From an uncultured Planctomycetia bacterium (lineage in GTDB: Bacteria; Omnitrophota; Gorgyraeia; 1-14-0-20-64-10): 64,000 nt of DNA. Location: positions 16 to 64,015 of the forward strand of contig CAZQXN010000009.1 in the NCBI GenBank assembly GCA_964597545.1, given 5' to 3'. Each line of letters starts with the position of its first letter. Position 1 is the first letter of the stretch. Below the pieces are notes generated by a model that was given only the letters and a program-made list of their open reading frames with translations, had not been told where the DNA came from and ran no database searches. Position numbers and translations under genes: made by a program. Below are positions 29,905 through 39,094 of the stretch, in pieces.

Positions 29905-32900
29905 ATGCGCATGTTCAACGCCAGACGAATAATCCACATATTGCTTATCCTTGCCTTTTCGTGCACAGAGGCACAGGCTCTGCGACAGGTCAGTCCCAAG
30001 CAGTCGGATGGGGTCCGGCAGGAGTTAGCCGCCGGCTTGGAGGAGACAGCAACTCAGAACGTTACAGAACTCATCCACCGCGAGGGCAAAACAAACGCTC
30101 TTTTTCCGGGTACCCGGGTGGTCAATCTTATCGCCGAGGAGGATGACCCTGTTTTTATTAGAGGTGTTCAATACGAAGCAGAAGTGAATAATGGACTGCG
30201 CAGGCTGAATCAGACAGGGTTTTTCTGGGTGACGAATGGTTCTGGGCGGCTTGAGCTTGGCGCTACCTCAGAACCGATCAGATACGGGAAGATCATATAT
30301 CTTCCCAGGGACATCTATTTTAGAGTTGTTCCCAACTTTGGCCCTGGGCAGCCCCCGCTAGAGCTTCTTCAGATCTTTCCGTGCCGCCCTGAGTCATTTC
30401 GGCTTTCCAAAAGCGTTACCCCAGAACAAGCCAACACCGCAGAGGCATTGGAAGGCTGCCTTGGCTACTCATCGGGCGAGGTTGACGATGTAATCCTCAA
30501 TTTCTCGCCCAAAATGGATGGGCTGGATGTTGTCCGCTACCGCAGCTCAAGCACCAGACCCACCCTCATGCTGGATGCTTCTGAGCACCCGAGTGTCCTT
30601 GTTGCCATGTCCGGCACAGCCAGGGTCAAAGGCAAAGTCAACACGCAGGATTGGGAAAGAATCCTCACAGAGGGTGATGTGCGCCGCTTGCCTGTTTTTG
30701 ATGGTCCCTTCTCGATTTCCGGTGATCGGATCATCGTTTTGGCCATTGGACCTGAAGATTCTGTTGGGCCCAAGACCCAAGATGGGCTGAACGCCTTAAT
30801 TAAAGTTGCTCCTCCGCCGACTCAGCCGCTTTCATTCCGAATGGCAGATGTTTATGTTGTAGGGGGTGCTGGCGACATCCCTTCCTCGACTGAGCGCTTG
30901 CCATCTGAAAGAGGTGATTTTGCTGCTGCAGATCTTGGAGGGGGTCAGGCGGACTCGACATCAATCGATCAAAGAGCGCTGGCTGATGCCGAAGAAGACG
31001 ATGAGGGTGGTCCAGCCGCAGAGGAAGAGGAAGGAGAGGCAGCACTTAAAGCAGCTCGCAAGACTGCTGCAAGAAGACCATCCGCAAAAGCCGGGGAGCC
31101 CTCTGTGGCGAAGGCAACCAAGCAACCAAAAAGGAAAGCCCCCAAGAAGAGCTTTGAAGAAAAGGCTGGTTTGCGCAAGATGCTTCGCAAAAAAGGCAGA
31201 TACGGCGGAGTTGCAGTAGGCTTCACCGAACCGCTCGAGTTCTTAAACGGCATGGAGGTGGCTGAGCAGCACATCGCGCACCGCCAGCTTGCTGCCGCGC
31301 TCTCCGCCGAGGAAGGAATAGCGTCTTTACACGTTTTAAGTCCCGCCAAGGGCGGGGAGCAATGGCTAGAGTTTGCGATTCCAAAACGGCAACCCGAGGA
31401 GCTGATTGCTTCTGTTCGGGATTTGTTGCCGCAGGGGCCTGAATATATCCTGCTGGAGGCAGATGAGGGGCACTTCTGGCTCATGCCGCAGGCTGTTTTC
31501 TGGAGGCCTTCAACGGAAGGCCAAAGGCAGAGGTTCAAAGAGCTCGTTAGGCGGACTGAACTCGGAGAAGGAAGGAGGCAGGTACAGGCTTTCCAGAGCC
31601 TGCTCAATCGGTTCTCTGAAGAAGGGGGTGTGCCCCTCACAGGGGGTGTGCGGATGCGTGTTTCCTCCTGGTATAAATTTTTTCTTTTCAGCTCAGCGCT
31701 TCAACCTGGTACGCGGGTAGGGTCTGTGCTTGCGCTACCTAGTCAATATAAACACCAAGCAGTTCATGTCGTGCCGAGGCAAGAGGAAGGAAGGCTGGTC
31801 TTGTCTGTTTATGGATTGTCCCCTTTTCGGCTAATCCACTCTTATAGCCGCGATGCTGATTCCGGATACTACACTTTGGCAGGGACCGTCATAGGGGACA
31901 AGGTTGCCTCCCTGCCAGATGCATCCCAGAAGGCTTTTCCTGCAGTCGACGAGTCGCGCGGCTATAAACGCTCTGAGCTTTCGAAGGTGACCGGTTTGCC
32001 AAACCCCTTGCTCAACCGCCTAGAGAAACGAGGGGTGGTTTATCTGGACTCCGCTCAATTGGTACCGGGCTGGCTGGTTGCTCTATTGGCCGGGGCTTCG
32101 AGGGAGGCGGACAAGAAGATATACCCCATCAGCGGTCTTACTCTTTTCCTGAGTCTCACCAGGCACGCTGCCGATCGGGCGTGGAGGGTCTCAGGGCTGC
32201 CTGCGATTGAGCAGCCCGGAGAGCAGAAGATGCTAGCGCGCGAAACAGTTTTGGAGATCGTGCTTACCTATCGCTTTAAAGACAAGGTAGAGGAATTGGC
32301 CGGCCCTTATCTGGATTGGCGGGCGGCAGCCAAAAGGCTGAAAATAAAAAGTACCGTACTAAAGTCCTGGCCGACCGTTGCTCAGAGAGTTCCAGTCTCT
32401 AATGGATTTCCTCTCTGGGTGGCCTCTGGTTCGGTGCACCGGATTACCCACCTTGGAGTTGAGGGGCTTCTTGAGGCGGAGCAGGAGGCGGTGCAAGCCG
32501 CAGAAGAACAAGGCAAGAGAGTCCTTTTTCATGCCGCTCAGAAGCGCTTTCCTGACGATTTGGTTTCAAAGCAGATTCTGTTGTATCGGCGGATGTTCCG
32601 GGCAGCGAAGGAACTTGGCATCCCTCTGGAGGTGCTCGAGCACCCCCTTGCCCCGGTTCAAACGCGCTACATCGTTCCCCAGGGACGCTTGGAAGAGATC
32701 TTTCATGAGGTTGATCACCCGATGGCCTGGACTCCTAGGAATATTCAGACGGGGTCCAGCTATATCATGAGCTCAGCTGCGCGGGTACTGGGCTTTAGAA
32801 ACGGAACTGTGGCGAAAAACTGGCTCACGGGCGAGCATCCCGAAGTTAACCTTGCGCAGGAGCTTGGGCATTCTTGGGTGTCGGGCGCCGATCTCATTCG

Positions 32901-35900
32901 CGTTGCAGAGGAAAAAGCTTCTTCCTCCGGCCAAGAAGAGGGTGGCCTGGAAGAGACAGCAACCCAGAATGTTTCGGAGTTGCTGTACCGGGAGGGCCGG
33001 ATAAGCGCTCTGGCTCCGGGCGTCAAGGAGTTCAACCTTATTGCCAAAGCGGGCGACCCTGCCTTCGTAAGGGTGGTCCGATACGAACCTGGGGAGGGCA
33101 ATGGGCTGCGCAGGCTAAACCAGCCAGGACTTTTTTGGGTGGCAGGTGGCTCTGGGCAGCTTGAGTTGGGTGCTACCTCAGGACCAATCTCTGCAGGGCA
33201 GATCATCTATATGCCCAGCGATGTCTATTTTAGAGTAATTCCCAGCGCTACTCCCGGGCAGCCCCCCTTGGATCTTCTTCAGATATTTCCGCGCCGCCCA
33301 GATTCACTTTGGCCTCCCAAGGGCGCTTCCCCCGAGACAGTCAACAGCGAAGAGGCATTGGCAGGCTGTCGCCTCTACTCCTGGGGCGGACCTGAGGATA
33401 CAATCGTCAATTTCTCGCCCAAGATGGATGGGTTGGATGTCGTCCGCTACCGCAGCTCGAGCGTCACACCCACCCTCATGCTGGATGCCTCTGATCATCC
33501 CAGAGTCCTTGTTGTTATGTCTGGTAGGGCTCGGATTCGGAGCCAGGTTAACCAAGATAACTGGAACAGGCTCCTGTCAGATGGAGACTTAATCCGTCTT
33601 CCGGCGACTGAGCACCCCCTCTCGATCTCCGGAGATCCAGTCACCCTCCTCGCCATCGGACCTAAAGATTCCATTGAGCCCAAGGCAATCGAGGCGCTGG
33701 GCAGGTTGACCGCCGCCCATCCGCCAGTTCAGCCGATGACATTCCAAGTGGTGGACAGCTTTGTTGCGGGAGGTGTTGGTGATTTTTCCGGGCGCGGAAG
33801 TGAGCGCATGCCCTCTGAGACAGGTGATTTTGCTGCAGTCGACCTTGCGGGGGGGCGGGCAGATGTGGCAGCGGTCGATCAAAGAACGCTGGCAGATGCC
33901 GAGCAGGAAGATGACTCTGCGGCAACCGAACCGGACAAAGAGGAGGAGAAGGCACTCAAGGCAGTTCGCAAGACTGCGGCAAAGAAGCCATCCAAGAGAG
34001 CCAGTGAACCTTCTGCAGCGAAGCCAACAAGGAAACCAAAGAAAAGAGTTTCCAGGAGGAGCTTCGAAGAACAATCTGGAGTACGCAAGATGCTTCGTAG
34101 GACTGGGCGTTCCGGCGCAGTCGCAGACGGTTTCACCAAACCGCTTGAGTTCTTAAACGGTATGACGGTCGTTGGGCAGCATATTGCCCACCGCAGGCTT
34201 GCCGTCGCCCTTTCTTCCCACGAAGAAATGGTTTCTCTGCACGTTCTCAATTCCGTCAGGGGCAGAGATCAATGGATGGAATTTGCGGTTCCAGAAAAGC
34301 AGCGAGGGGAGTTGTTCGCCTCTGTTCGTGGCCAGCTATTACCGGGTTTTGAGTATATCTTGCTGCAGGCAGATGAGGGCCATTACTGGCTTATGCCGCA
34401 AAGTGTTTTCTGGAGAACCTCTGCGGGGGGCCAAAGAGACAAGCTTAGAAAACTCCTTAAGCTTGCAGAGTTTGAGGAGGGGGAACGCCAAGAAAAAGGC
34501 CTTGATCGGTTGCTTAAGCAATTTTCCGAAGAAGAAGGCGAACCACTAACGAGAGGGGTTCGGATACGTGTTACGGCCGATTACCAAGCCTACCTCTTTA
34601 AGCTGGCGCTGGAGAGTGGCCGCTATTGGTCCGCCTACCTCACCGTGCCCATTGCTTACCGGCATCAAGTGATTCATGTTGTGCCGAGGTTGGGGGAGGA
34701 GGGGGTGGTGTTGAATGTTTACGGACTGTCTCCCTACAGGCTGGTTCAATCTTTTAGTTGGAATGCGGGCTCCAGAAGATACAAGGCACTTGAAACGGCC
34801 TTAGAGAGGCGGATTGCATTTGCGCCGGATATCGCCGAGAAGAAACTTCCTCAGATTGAAGCGGCGCGCGGATATGAGCGTTCTGAGCTTGCGAAGGTGA
34901 GCGGATTGCCCAACAGACTGCTTAGCCGATTGGAGAGTCAGGGTATTGTGTATCTGGATTCCTCTAACTTGGTGCCTGGGTGGCTGGTTGCATTATTGGC
35001 AGAGGCTTCTAGGGAAGTGGACAAAGCCGAATATCCCGCTTCTGCTCTAAGCGTTTTGTTGGGGCTTGAGAACGAGACTGCGGTGCAGTTGTGGAGGCGT
35101 TCGGGGCTGCCCAGTATCCGGGCGTCTCGGCAGCGGAACTTGCTGTCGCGTGAGGTGGTTCTGGAGCTTGTGATTACGCGGCGCTTCCAGGATGAAGTAG
35201 AGAAATTGGCCGGCCCTTATCAGGAATGGAGAGCAGCAGGCAAGAAGCTGTCGATCGGTGCCCACCCCCTTTCTTCTTGGCCGTCTATCGCCCAAACCGT
35301 TCCTGTCTTTAAGGGTTTTCCGCTTTGGGTGAAATATAGGTCATGGCACCGTCTCACTCACCTTGGGTTTGAGGGGCTTGTCGAGGCGGAGCAGGAGGCA
35401 GTGCAGGTTATTCAGGATGCGGGTAAAGCGGTTCTCTGGAGTGCGGTTCAGGATCGTTACCAGAGGAAGCCGCGCAGTAATTTCCTCGCACAGTATTCCC
35501 GAGCTTTTCAAGCGGCAATGGAACTCAATATTCCCGTTGAGGAGCTTGAGCACCCCCTTGCTCCGGTTCAAACGCGGTATGTGGTTCCCCAAGAACGTCT
35601 GGATGAGGTCTTTAATGAGGTGGATGAGCCGACAGCTTGGACCACAAAGACAGTCCTATCGGAGGGATGGTATGCGCTCTCATCTGTCAGGCAGGCGCTG
35701 GGATTGACTGAAGGGGCTCTGAAGCGACGGGTCTACGCAGGAGCCCTTGGTGATTTCAAAAAGATAGAAGGCAAGCTTTGGGTATCGGGAGCCGGCATCC
35801 TTCAGTATGCCGAGAATCAACCATCCCGCTCCGGCCTCGAGGAAAACAACCTGGATGCGCGGGTCGCCCGGATGCAGCGGCGCCTTGGCCAGGAAAGAGC

Positions 35901-36249
35901 AGATGTCGTTCTGGGCCCAGTCTACGGTCTTTTGTCAGACTACCACTCTTCCCGTATCCATGATGCTCCGAAGCTTTTCGACCAATATGTGGATTTGGTC
36001 TCTGAAACCTTCTCCGACGATGCGGGGTCTGTCTTCTGGGTCACCTTGCAGACCTTGCGCCACCTAGAGACCCTAGACGGCATCGCCTCCCCAGAAACAG
36101 TCCTTCGGCAAGCCCTAGAGCAGTTCAGCGGCCCCCAAGAACCTCTCAACTGGGACAACTTCTCCCAATTTGAACCCCCCTGGAATTCCTTCAAGGGTAT
36201 ACTCTCTTGTGCGAGAATTTGGACCCTCAGGGCGTCGCCAGAGCGCTGA
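29905..36249 (+). CDS. Giant hypothetical exported protein, 5' part (GLEE-delimited modules with cupin-like and HTH-like segments); probably continues through a frameshift into 36207..38411
   Basis: 2114-codon ORF; signal-peptide-like start (..IIHILLILAFSCTEAQA); two homologous ~960-aa modules; TTGAAG-17-CATACT upstream. Confidence 0.8.
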   Translation: MRMFNARRIIHILLILAFSCTEAQALRQVSPKQSDGVRQELAAGLEETATQNVTELIHREGKTNALFPGTRVVNLIAEEDDPVFIRGVQYEAEVNNGLRRLNQTGFFWVTNGSGRLELGATSEPIRYGKIIYLPRDIYFRVVPNFGPGQPPLELLQIFPCRPESFRLSKSVTPEQANTAEALEGCLGYSSGEVDDVILNFSPKMDGLDVVRYRSSSTRPTLMLDASEHPSVLVAMSGTARVKGKVNTQDWERILTEGDVRRLPVFDGPFSISGDRIIVLAIGPEDSVGPKTQDGLNALIKVAPPPTQPLSFRMADVYVVGGAGDIPSSTERLPSERGDFAAADLGGGQADSTSIDQRALADAEEDDEGGPAAEEEEGEAALKAARKTAARRPSAKAGEPSVAKATKQPKRKAPKKSFEEKAGLRKMLRKKGRYGGVAVGFTEPLEFLNGMEVAEQHIAHRQLAAALSAEEGIASLHVLSPAKGGEQWLEFAIPKRQPEELIASVRDLLPQGPEYILLEADEGHFWLMPQAVFWRPSTEGQRQRFKELVRRTELGEGRRQVQAFQSLLNRFSEEGGVPLTGGVRMRVSSWYKFFLFSSALQPGTRVGSVLALPSQYKHQAVHVVPRQEEGRLVLSVYGLSPFRLIHSYSRDADSGYYTLAGTVIGDKVASLPDASQKAFPAVDESRGYKRSELSKVTGLPNPLLNRLEKRGVVYLDSAQLVPGWLVALLAGASREADKKIYPISGLTLFLSLTRHAADRAWRVSGLPAIEQPGEQKMLARETVLEIVLTYRFKDKVEELAGPYLDWRAAAKRLKIKSTVLKSWPTVAQRVPVSNGFPLWVASGSVHRITHLGVEGLLEAEQEAVQAAEEQGKRVLFHAAQKRFPDDLVSKQILLYRRMFRAAKELGIPLEVLEHPLAPVQTRYIVPQGRLEEIFHEVDHPMAWTPRNIQTGSSYIMSSAARVLGFRNGTVAKNWLTGEHPEVNLAQELGHSWVSGADLIRVAEEKASSSGQEEGGLEETATQNVSELLYREGRISALAPGVKEFNLIAKAGDPAFVRVVRYEPGEGNGLRRLNQPGLFWVAGGSGQLELGATSGPISAGQIIYMPSDVYFRVIPSATPGQPPLDLLQIFPRRPDSLWPPKGASPETVNSEEALAGCRLYSWGGPEDTIVNFSPKMDGLDVVRYRSSSVTPTLMLDASDHPRVLVVMSGRARIRSQVNQDNWNRLLSDGDLIRLPATEHPLSISGDPVTLLAIGPKDSIEPKAIEALGRLTAAHPPVQPMTFQVVDSFVAGGVGDFSGRGSERMPSETGDFAAVDLAGGRADVAAVDQRTLADAEQEDDSAATEPDKEEEKALKAVRKTAAKKPSKRASEPSAAKPTRKPKKRVSRRSFEEQSGVRKMLRRTGRSGAVADGFTKPLEFLNGMTVVGQHIAHRRLAVALSSHEEMVSLHVLNSVRGRDQWMEFAVPEKQRGELFASVRGQLLPGFEYILLQADEGHYWLMPQSVFWRTSAGGQRDKLRKLLKLAEFEEGERQEKGLDRLLKQFSEEEGEPLTRGVRIRVTADYQAYLFKLALESGRYWSAYLTVPIAYRHQVIHVVPRLGEEGVVLNVYGLSPYRLVQSFSWNAGSRRYKALETALERRIAFAPDIAEKKLPQIEAARGYERSELAKVSGLPNRLLSRLESQGIVYLDSSNLVPGWLVALLAEASREVDKAEYPASALSVLLGLENETAVQLWRRSGLPSIRASRQRNLLSREVVLELVITRRFQDEVEKLAGPYQEWRAAGKKLSIGAHPLSSWPSIAQTVPVFKGFPLWVKYRSWHRLTHLGFEGLVEAEQEAVQVIQDAGKAVLWSAVQDRYQRKPRSNFLAQYSRAFQAAMELNIPVEELEHPLAPVQTRYVVPQERLDEVFNEVDEPTAWTTKTVLSEGWYALSSVRQALGLTEGALKRRVYAGALGDFKKIEGKLWVSGAGILQYAENQPSRSGLEENNLDARVARMQRRLGQERADVVLGPVYGLLSDYHSSRIHDAPKLFDQYVDLVSETFSDDAGSVFWVTLQTLRHLETLDGIASPETVLRQALEQFSGPQEPLNWDNFSQFEPPWNSFKGILSCARIWTLRASPER
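30034..35844 (+). repeat. Diverged tandem duplication of about 2.9 kb inside the giant gene
   Basis: Unit 1 begins GLEETATQNVTEL (30034) and unit 2 GLEETATQNVSEL (32944); shared blocks include NFSPKMDGLDVVRYRSSS and LEHPLAPVQTRY. Confidence 0.9.
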
Positions 36250-38411
36250 CGCACTCTGACTTCACAGACAACATTCGATTGCCAAACCTCACCACCAAAA
36301 AACCCGACTGGCGCTCCATCCAGCTTGATGGAAGGCGGGCTGTCGCAATCTCAAGACTGCTCGGCTTCTTGCCGGAACGGCACCGCTACGCCATGCTGCA
36401 TTCCGGCAGGGCAATGATCATTGTCCCGCAGGCCACCCTTCTTCAGCCTGCCCCGGAGGAAGAAATCAAGGCTTTTCGCCAACAGGTGCTGCAAGCCCTC
36501 CATGGAGCTCAAGCGGATCGGGACGAAGCGGTGAGGAGATTGCTTCACACCTATCAGAATCCCCTGTGGGGAGCAGAGGGCATTGATGTGCGCGTTCCGA
36601 GCACCGCATCGGGCCTCTACCTCTTTTATCTGGGGGCGGCCATGGGCGTACCCAAGAGTGTGATGATCAATTTCTCACGTACCCGAAGGAATCAGGTGAT
36701 GCGCCTGATCCCCTGCGTCCTGGACGGGGAGTTGTATTTGGAGGCGTACCAGCACGCCCCTTTTCAATTTGACCGGAGAGTGAAGTGGAATAAAAAATCG
36801 CTGTCTTTCAGGGGTGTCAGCGGACCGATTCAGACTTACAGCCGTTTTGGCCAGTCTGCCGATATCCTTCGAGCTCTGGATGGAATTGATCCGGATTTGG
36901 ATTATGAGCCCGACTTTGAACGACTCCAACAACTGACGGGCATTTCTCGTGAGGTCCTGGATGAACTGGGCAGCCGGGGCTATCTGTATCGGAATCGATC
37001 CGGAAAGATCCCAGGCGATTTGGTGCGGCTTCTGGAAGGCGAATCCAAGAAATACAAGCAGAAGTGGTATACCGCCGGCATCTTTACTCGTGGCCTGGAC
37101 CAATCAACAAGGGACGTTGACGGTCTTCAGCACCGGGCTCGCTTCGGCGTCCTGGAGGAGCCAGGCAGTTCCAGGCGGTACAGCCGAAACTCTGTCTTGG
37201 AGATCATCTTGACCAAGAAACTTGAGGAATGGATCAAGAAGGAGGTGGGGGGTTTTGTTTCAAGGGAGAAGGTTTTGTCCGATGACAAGGTGGGCATCAA
37301 CGCCAGGCGCTTAAGGCGCTGGCTCAAGCAGAGTAGATCACCCTTCCTAAAGAAAGCTGGAGTTCCTGTGTGGGTCACTTTGGATGAGAGGCACTACCTG
37401 ACCGGCAAGGGTATTGAGGCCGAGAAACGGGCCTTGGCGAGAATCCCTGCAACCCATACTATTCTTGCCGATGCCATGAGGCGAGCGTACACATTTGATG
37501 ATGATCTGCACTTTGCCGACTTTTACTTAGAGGTTTTTCGGGCTGCGCAGGAGCTCGGCAAGGAGTGGAAGTTCTGGGAACACCTCTTTGCTCCGATACT
37601 GACCCTGGTTGTTGTGAAAAAAAGAGATCTAACAGCCATCTTCAAGGAGGCGGAGCATCCTACAGCTTGGAGCGTTTCTCAGATCAAGCCGGACCGCTAT
37701 TACGGCAATGGCACCGTTGTACGCTTGAGCGGTTATAAGCCCAATACAGTGTCGAACCACTTTTCGAATAACAAGATAGCAAGCGTGGTAGCTCTCGGGC
37801 GGCACTGGGCTCCGGGCCCTGAGGTTATCCGCCTTGCCAGAGCGCGTGAAGCATCTGCCGGTTTAGAGGAGCTGTCGCCAGAAATTGTAGAGATTTTGAG
37901 GGAGCAGCCGGGGGCTGCGGTTACCTGGGCTGTTATTGAGCCGGCCGGCTTGGAGGATCTGCCAAGTACGGTAGCCATACAAAGAATTCCGGCTGACACG
38001 GGAGAGGCTCCAGATATACCTAGGCAACCCCTTGTGATGGTGCAGAAGGGGCTCCTGCCGGAGGAGGTGCTGCGGCAAATGGATCAGGGGGGCTGGGCTG
38101 TTCGGTTGCTTCCGGAGAAGCCAGGTGGAGATGGGCTTGAGCATGCCGTGGCAGTTGGCTTAGAGGAACAGGAAGGGCCTCTTTTGGTGATCGTGGAGGC
38201 CTCCCTTCAAGATGCGGTGAGAAGGCTGACGGCCTATGACAGGGTAACGGCTGTGGTGCTGGAACAGGGTATGGCACAGCTGCTTGCGCCGGGAAATCTA
38301 ATCTTATTCCTCAAGCACACCTTGGCCCATCTTCCGGGGCGCTTCCTCGATTTACAGATCTTTTTAGCGGCCGGCCAAGAAGAGCTTTTTGCAGTGGCAG
38401 ACCAGCTGTAA
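36207..38411 (+). CDS. Giant hypothetical protein, 3' part (third module plus GLEE-rich tail); likely the same gene as 29905..36249
   Basis: Frame open from the C6 run at 36175-36180, giving PLEFLQG in register with PLEFLNG of modules 1 and 2; EHLFAP and HPTAW match EHPLAP and HPMAW. Confidence 0.75.
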   Translation: MCENLDPQGVARALTHSDFTDNIRLPNLTTKKPDWRSIQLDGRRAVAISRLLGFLPERHRYAMLHSGRAMIIVPQATLLQPAPEEEIKAFRQQVLQALHGAQADRDEAVRRLLHTYQNPLWGAEGIDVRVPSTASGLYLFYLGAAMGVPKSVMINFSRTRRNQVMRLIPCVLDGELYLEAYQHAPFQFDRRVKWNKKSLSFRGVSGPIQTYSRFGQSADILRALDGIDPDLDYEPDFERLQQLTGISREVLDELGSRGYLYRNRSGKIPGDLVRLLEGESKKYKQKWYTAGIFTRGLDQSTRDVDGLQHRARFGVLEEPGSSRRYSRNSVLEIILTKKLEEWIKKEVGGFVSREKVLSDDKVGINARRLRRWLKQSRSPFLKKAGVPVWVTLDERHYLTGKGIEAEKRALARIPATHTILADAMRRAYTFDDDLHFADFYLEVFRAAQELGKEWKFWEHLFAPILTLVVVKKRDLTAIFKEAEHPTAWSVSQIKPDRYYGNGTVVRLSGYKPNTVSNHFSNNKIASVVALGRHWAPGPEVIRLARAREASAGLEELSPEIVEILREQPGAAVTWAVIEPAGLEDLPSTVAIQRIPADTGEAPDIPRQPLVMVQKGLLPEEVLRQMDQGGWAVRLLPEKPGGDGLEHAVAVGLEEQEGPLLVIVEASLQDAVRRLTAYDRVTAVVLEQGMAQLLAPGNLILFLKHTLAHLPGRFLDLQIFLAAGQEELFAVADQL

Positions 38412-38427
38412 TGCCCGGTATCTGTTG

Positions 38428-38445
38428 ATAAGTGTACCCAGTACC
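38428..38445. repeat. Degenerate half copy of the palindromic element
   Basis: ATAAGTGTACCCAGTACC versus ATAAGTGTACCCGGTACC in copies 1 and 2. Confidence 0.6.
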
Positions 38446-38462
38446 TGGTACTATCCTACGTC

Positions 38463-39086
38463 ATGAATAAAGCCTTACCAGCCATTCGCGCCTTTCTTTT
38501 TGATCTGGGCAATGTACTTTTCCGCTTTGATCACATGCGTGTAGCGCATGCGGTTACTCAAGGCACCCCTGTGGATCCGGCAGCCCTCTTTAAGCTGGTC
38601 TTTGACTCCCCGATCGTGGTGGAGCACGACACCGGCAAGATCACGACTGAACAGTTTTACGAGATTCTCAAAGCTGAGCTCGGGTTAGACATGACGTACG
38701 ATCGATTCCTTGAGGTATGGAACGATATCTTTACCGAGAACCAGCAAATGATTCATTTGGTCGAGCGGCTGAGTAAACGCTATCCCTTGTACCTGATCTC
38801 CAATACCAACCGCCCTCATTTTGAATTTCTTAAAAAGCAGTGTCCGGTTTTGGGGCGGTTTAAGGGTGTCGTCCTCTCCTACGAGGTCGGACACTTAAAG
38901 CCTCACCCAGAGATTTACCGCAAGGCCCTTGAGCTGGCGGGGTTGCTGCCACCCGAGATTCTCTACATTGATGATCGGAAGGATCTGATTGCTGCCGGGG
39001 AAGCCCTGGGTTTTAAGACCCACCGCTTTACCGATTTTGAGACCCTTCAAGGGGAACTCGCTTCCCTGGGAATTGATCCCTTATAA
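38463..39086 (+). CDS. HAD-family phosphatase (YihX-like)
   Basis: FDLGNVL, ISNTN, KP.PEIY, YIDDR. Confidence 0.9.
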   Translation: MNKALPAIRAFLFDLGNVLFRFDHMRVAHAVTQGTPVDPAALFKLVFDSPIVVEHDTGKITTEQFYEILKAELGLDMTYDRFLEVWNDIFTENQQMIHLVERLSKRYPLYLISNTNRPHFEFLKKQCPVLGRFKGVVLSYEVGHLKPHPEIYRKALELAGLLPPEILYIDDRKDLIAAGEALGFKTHRFTDFETLQGELASLGIDPL

Positions 39087-39094
39087 TAAACAAG

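Noticed and set aside
36169-36190. Programmed -1 ribosomal frameshift signal in the giant gene
   Set aside because: No in-frame X XXY YYZ heptamer and no obvious downstream stimulatory structure; a homopolymer indel is the simpler explanation.
29808-38462. Giant gene as a prophage or integrative element because of excisionase-like HTHs
   Set aside because: No integrase, att-like direct repeats, tRNA target or phage genes; the HTH-like segments are internal to a single protein.
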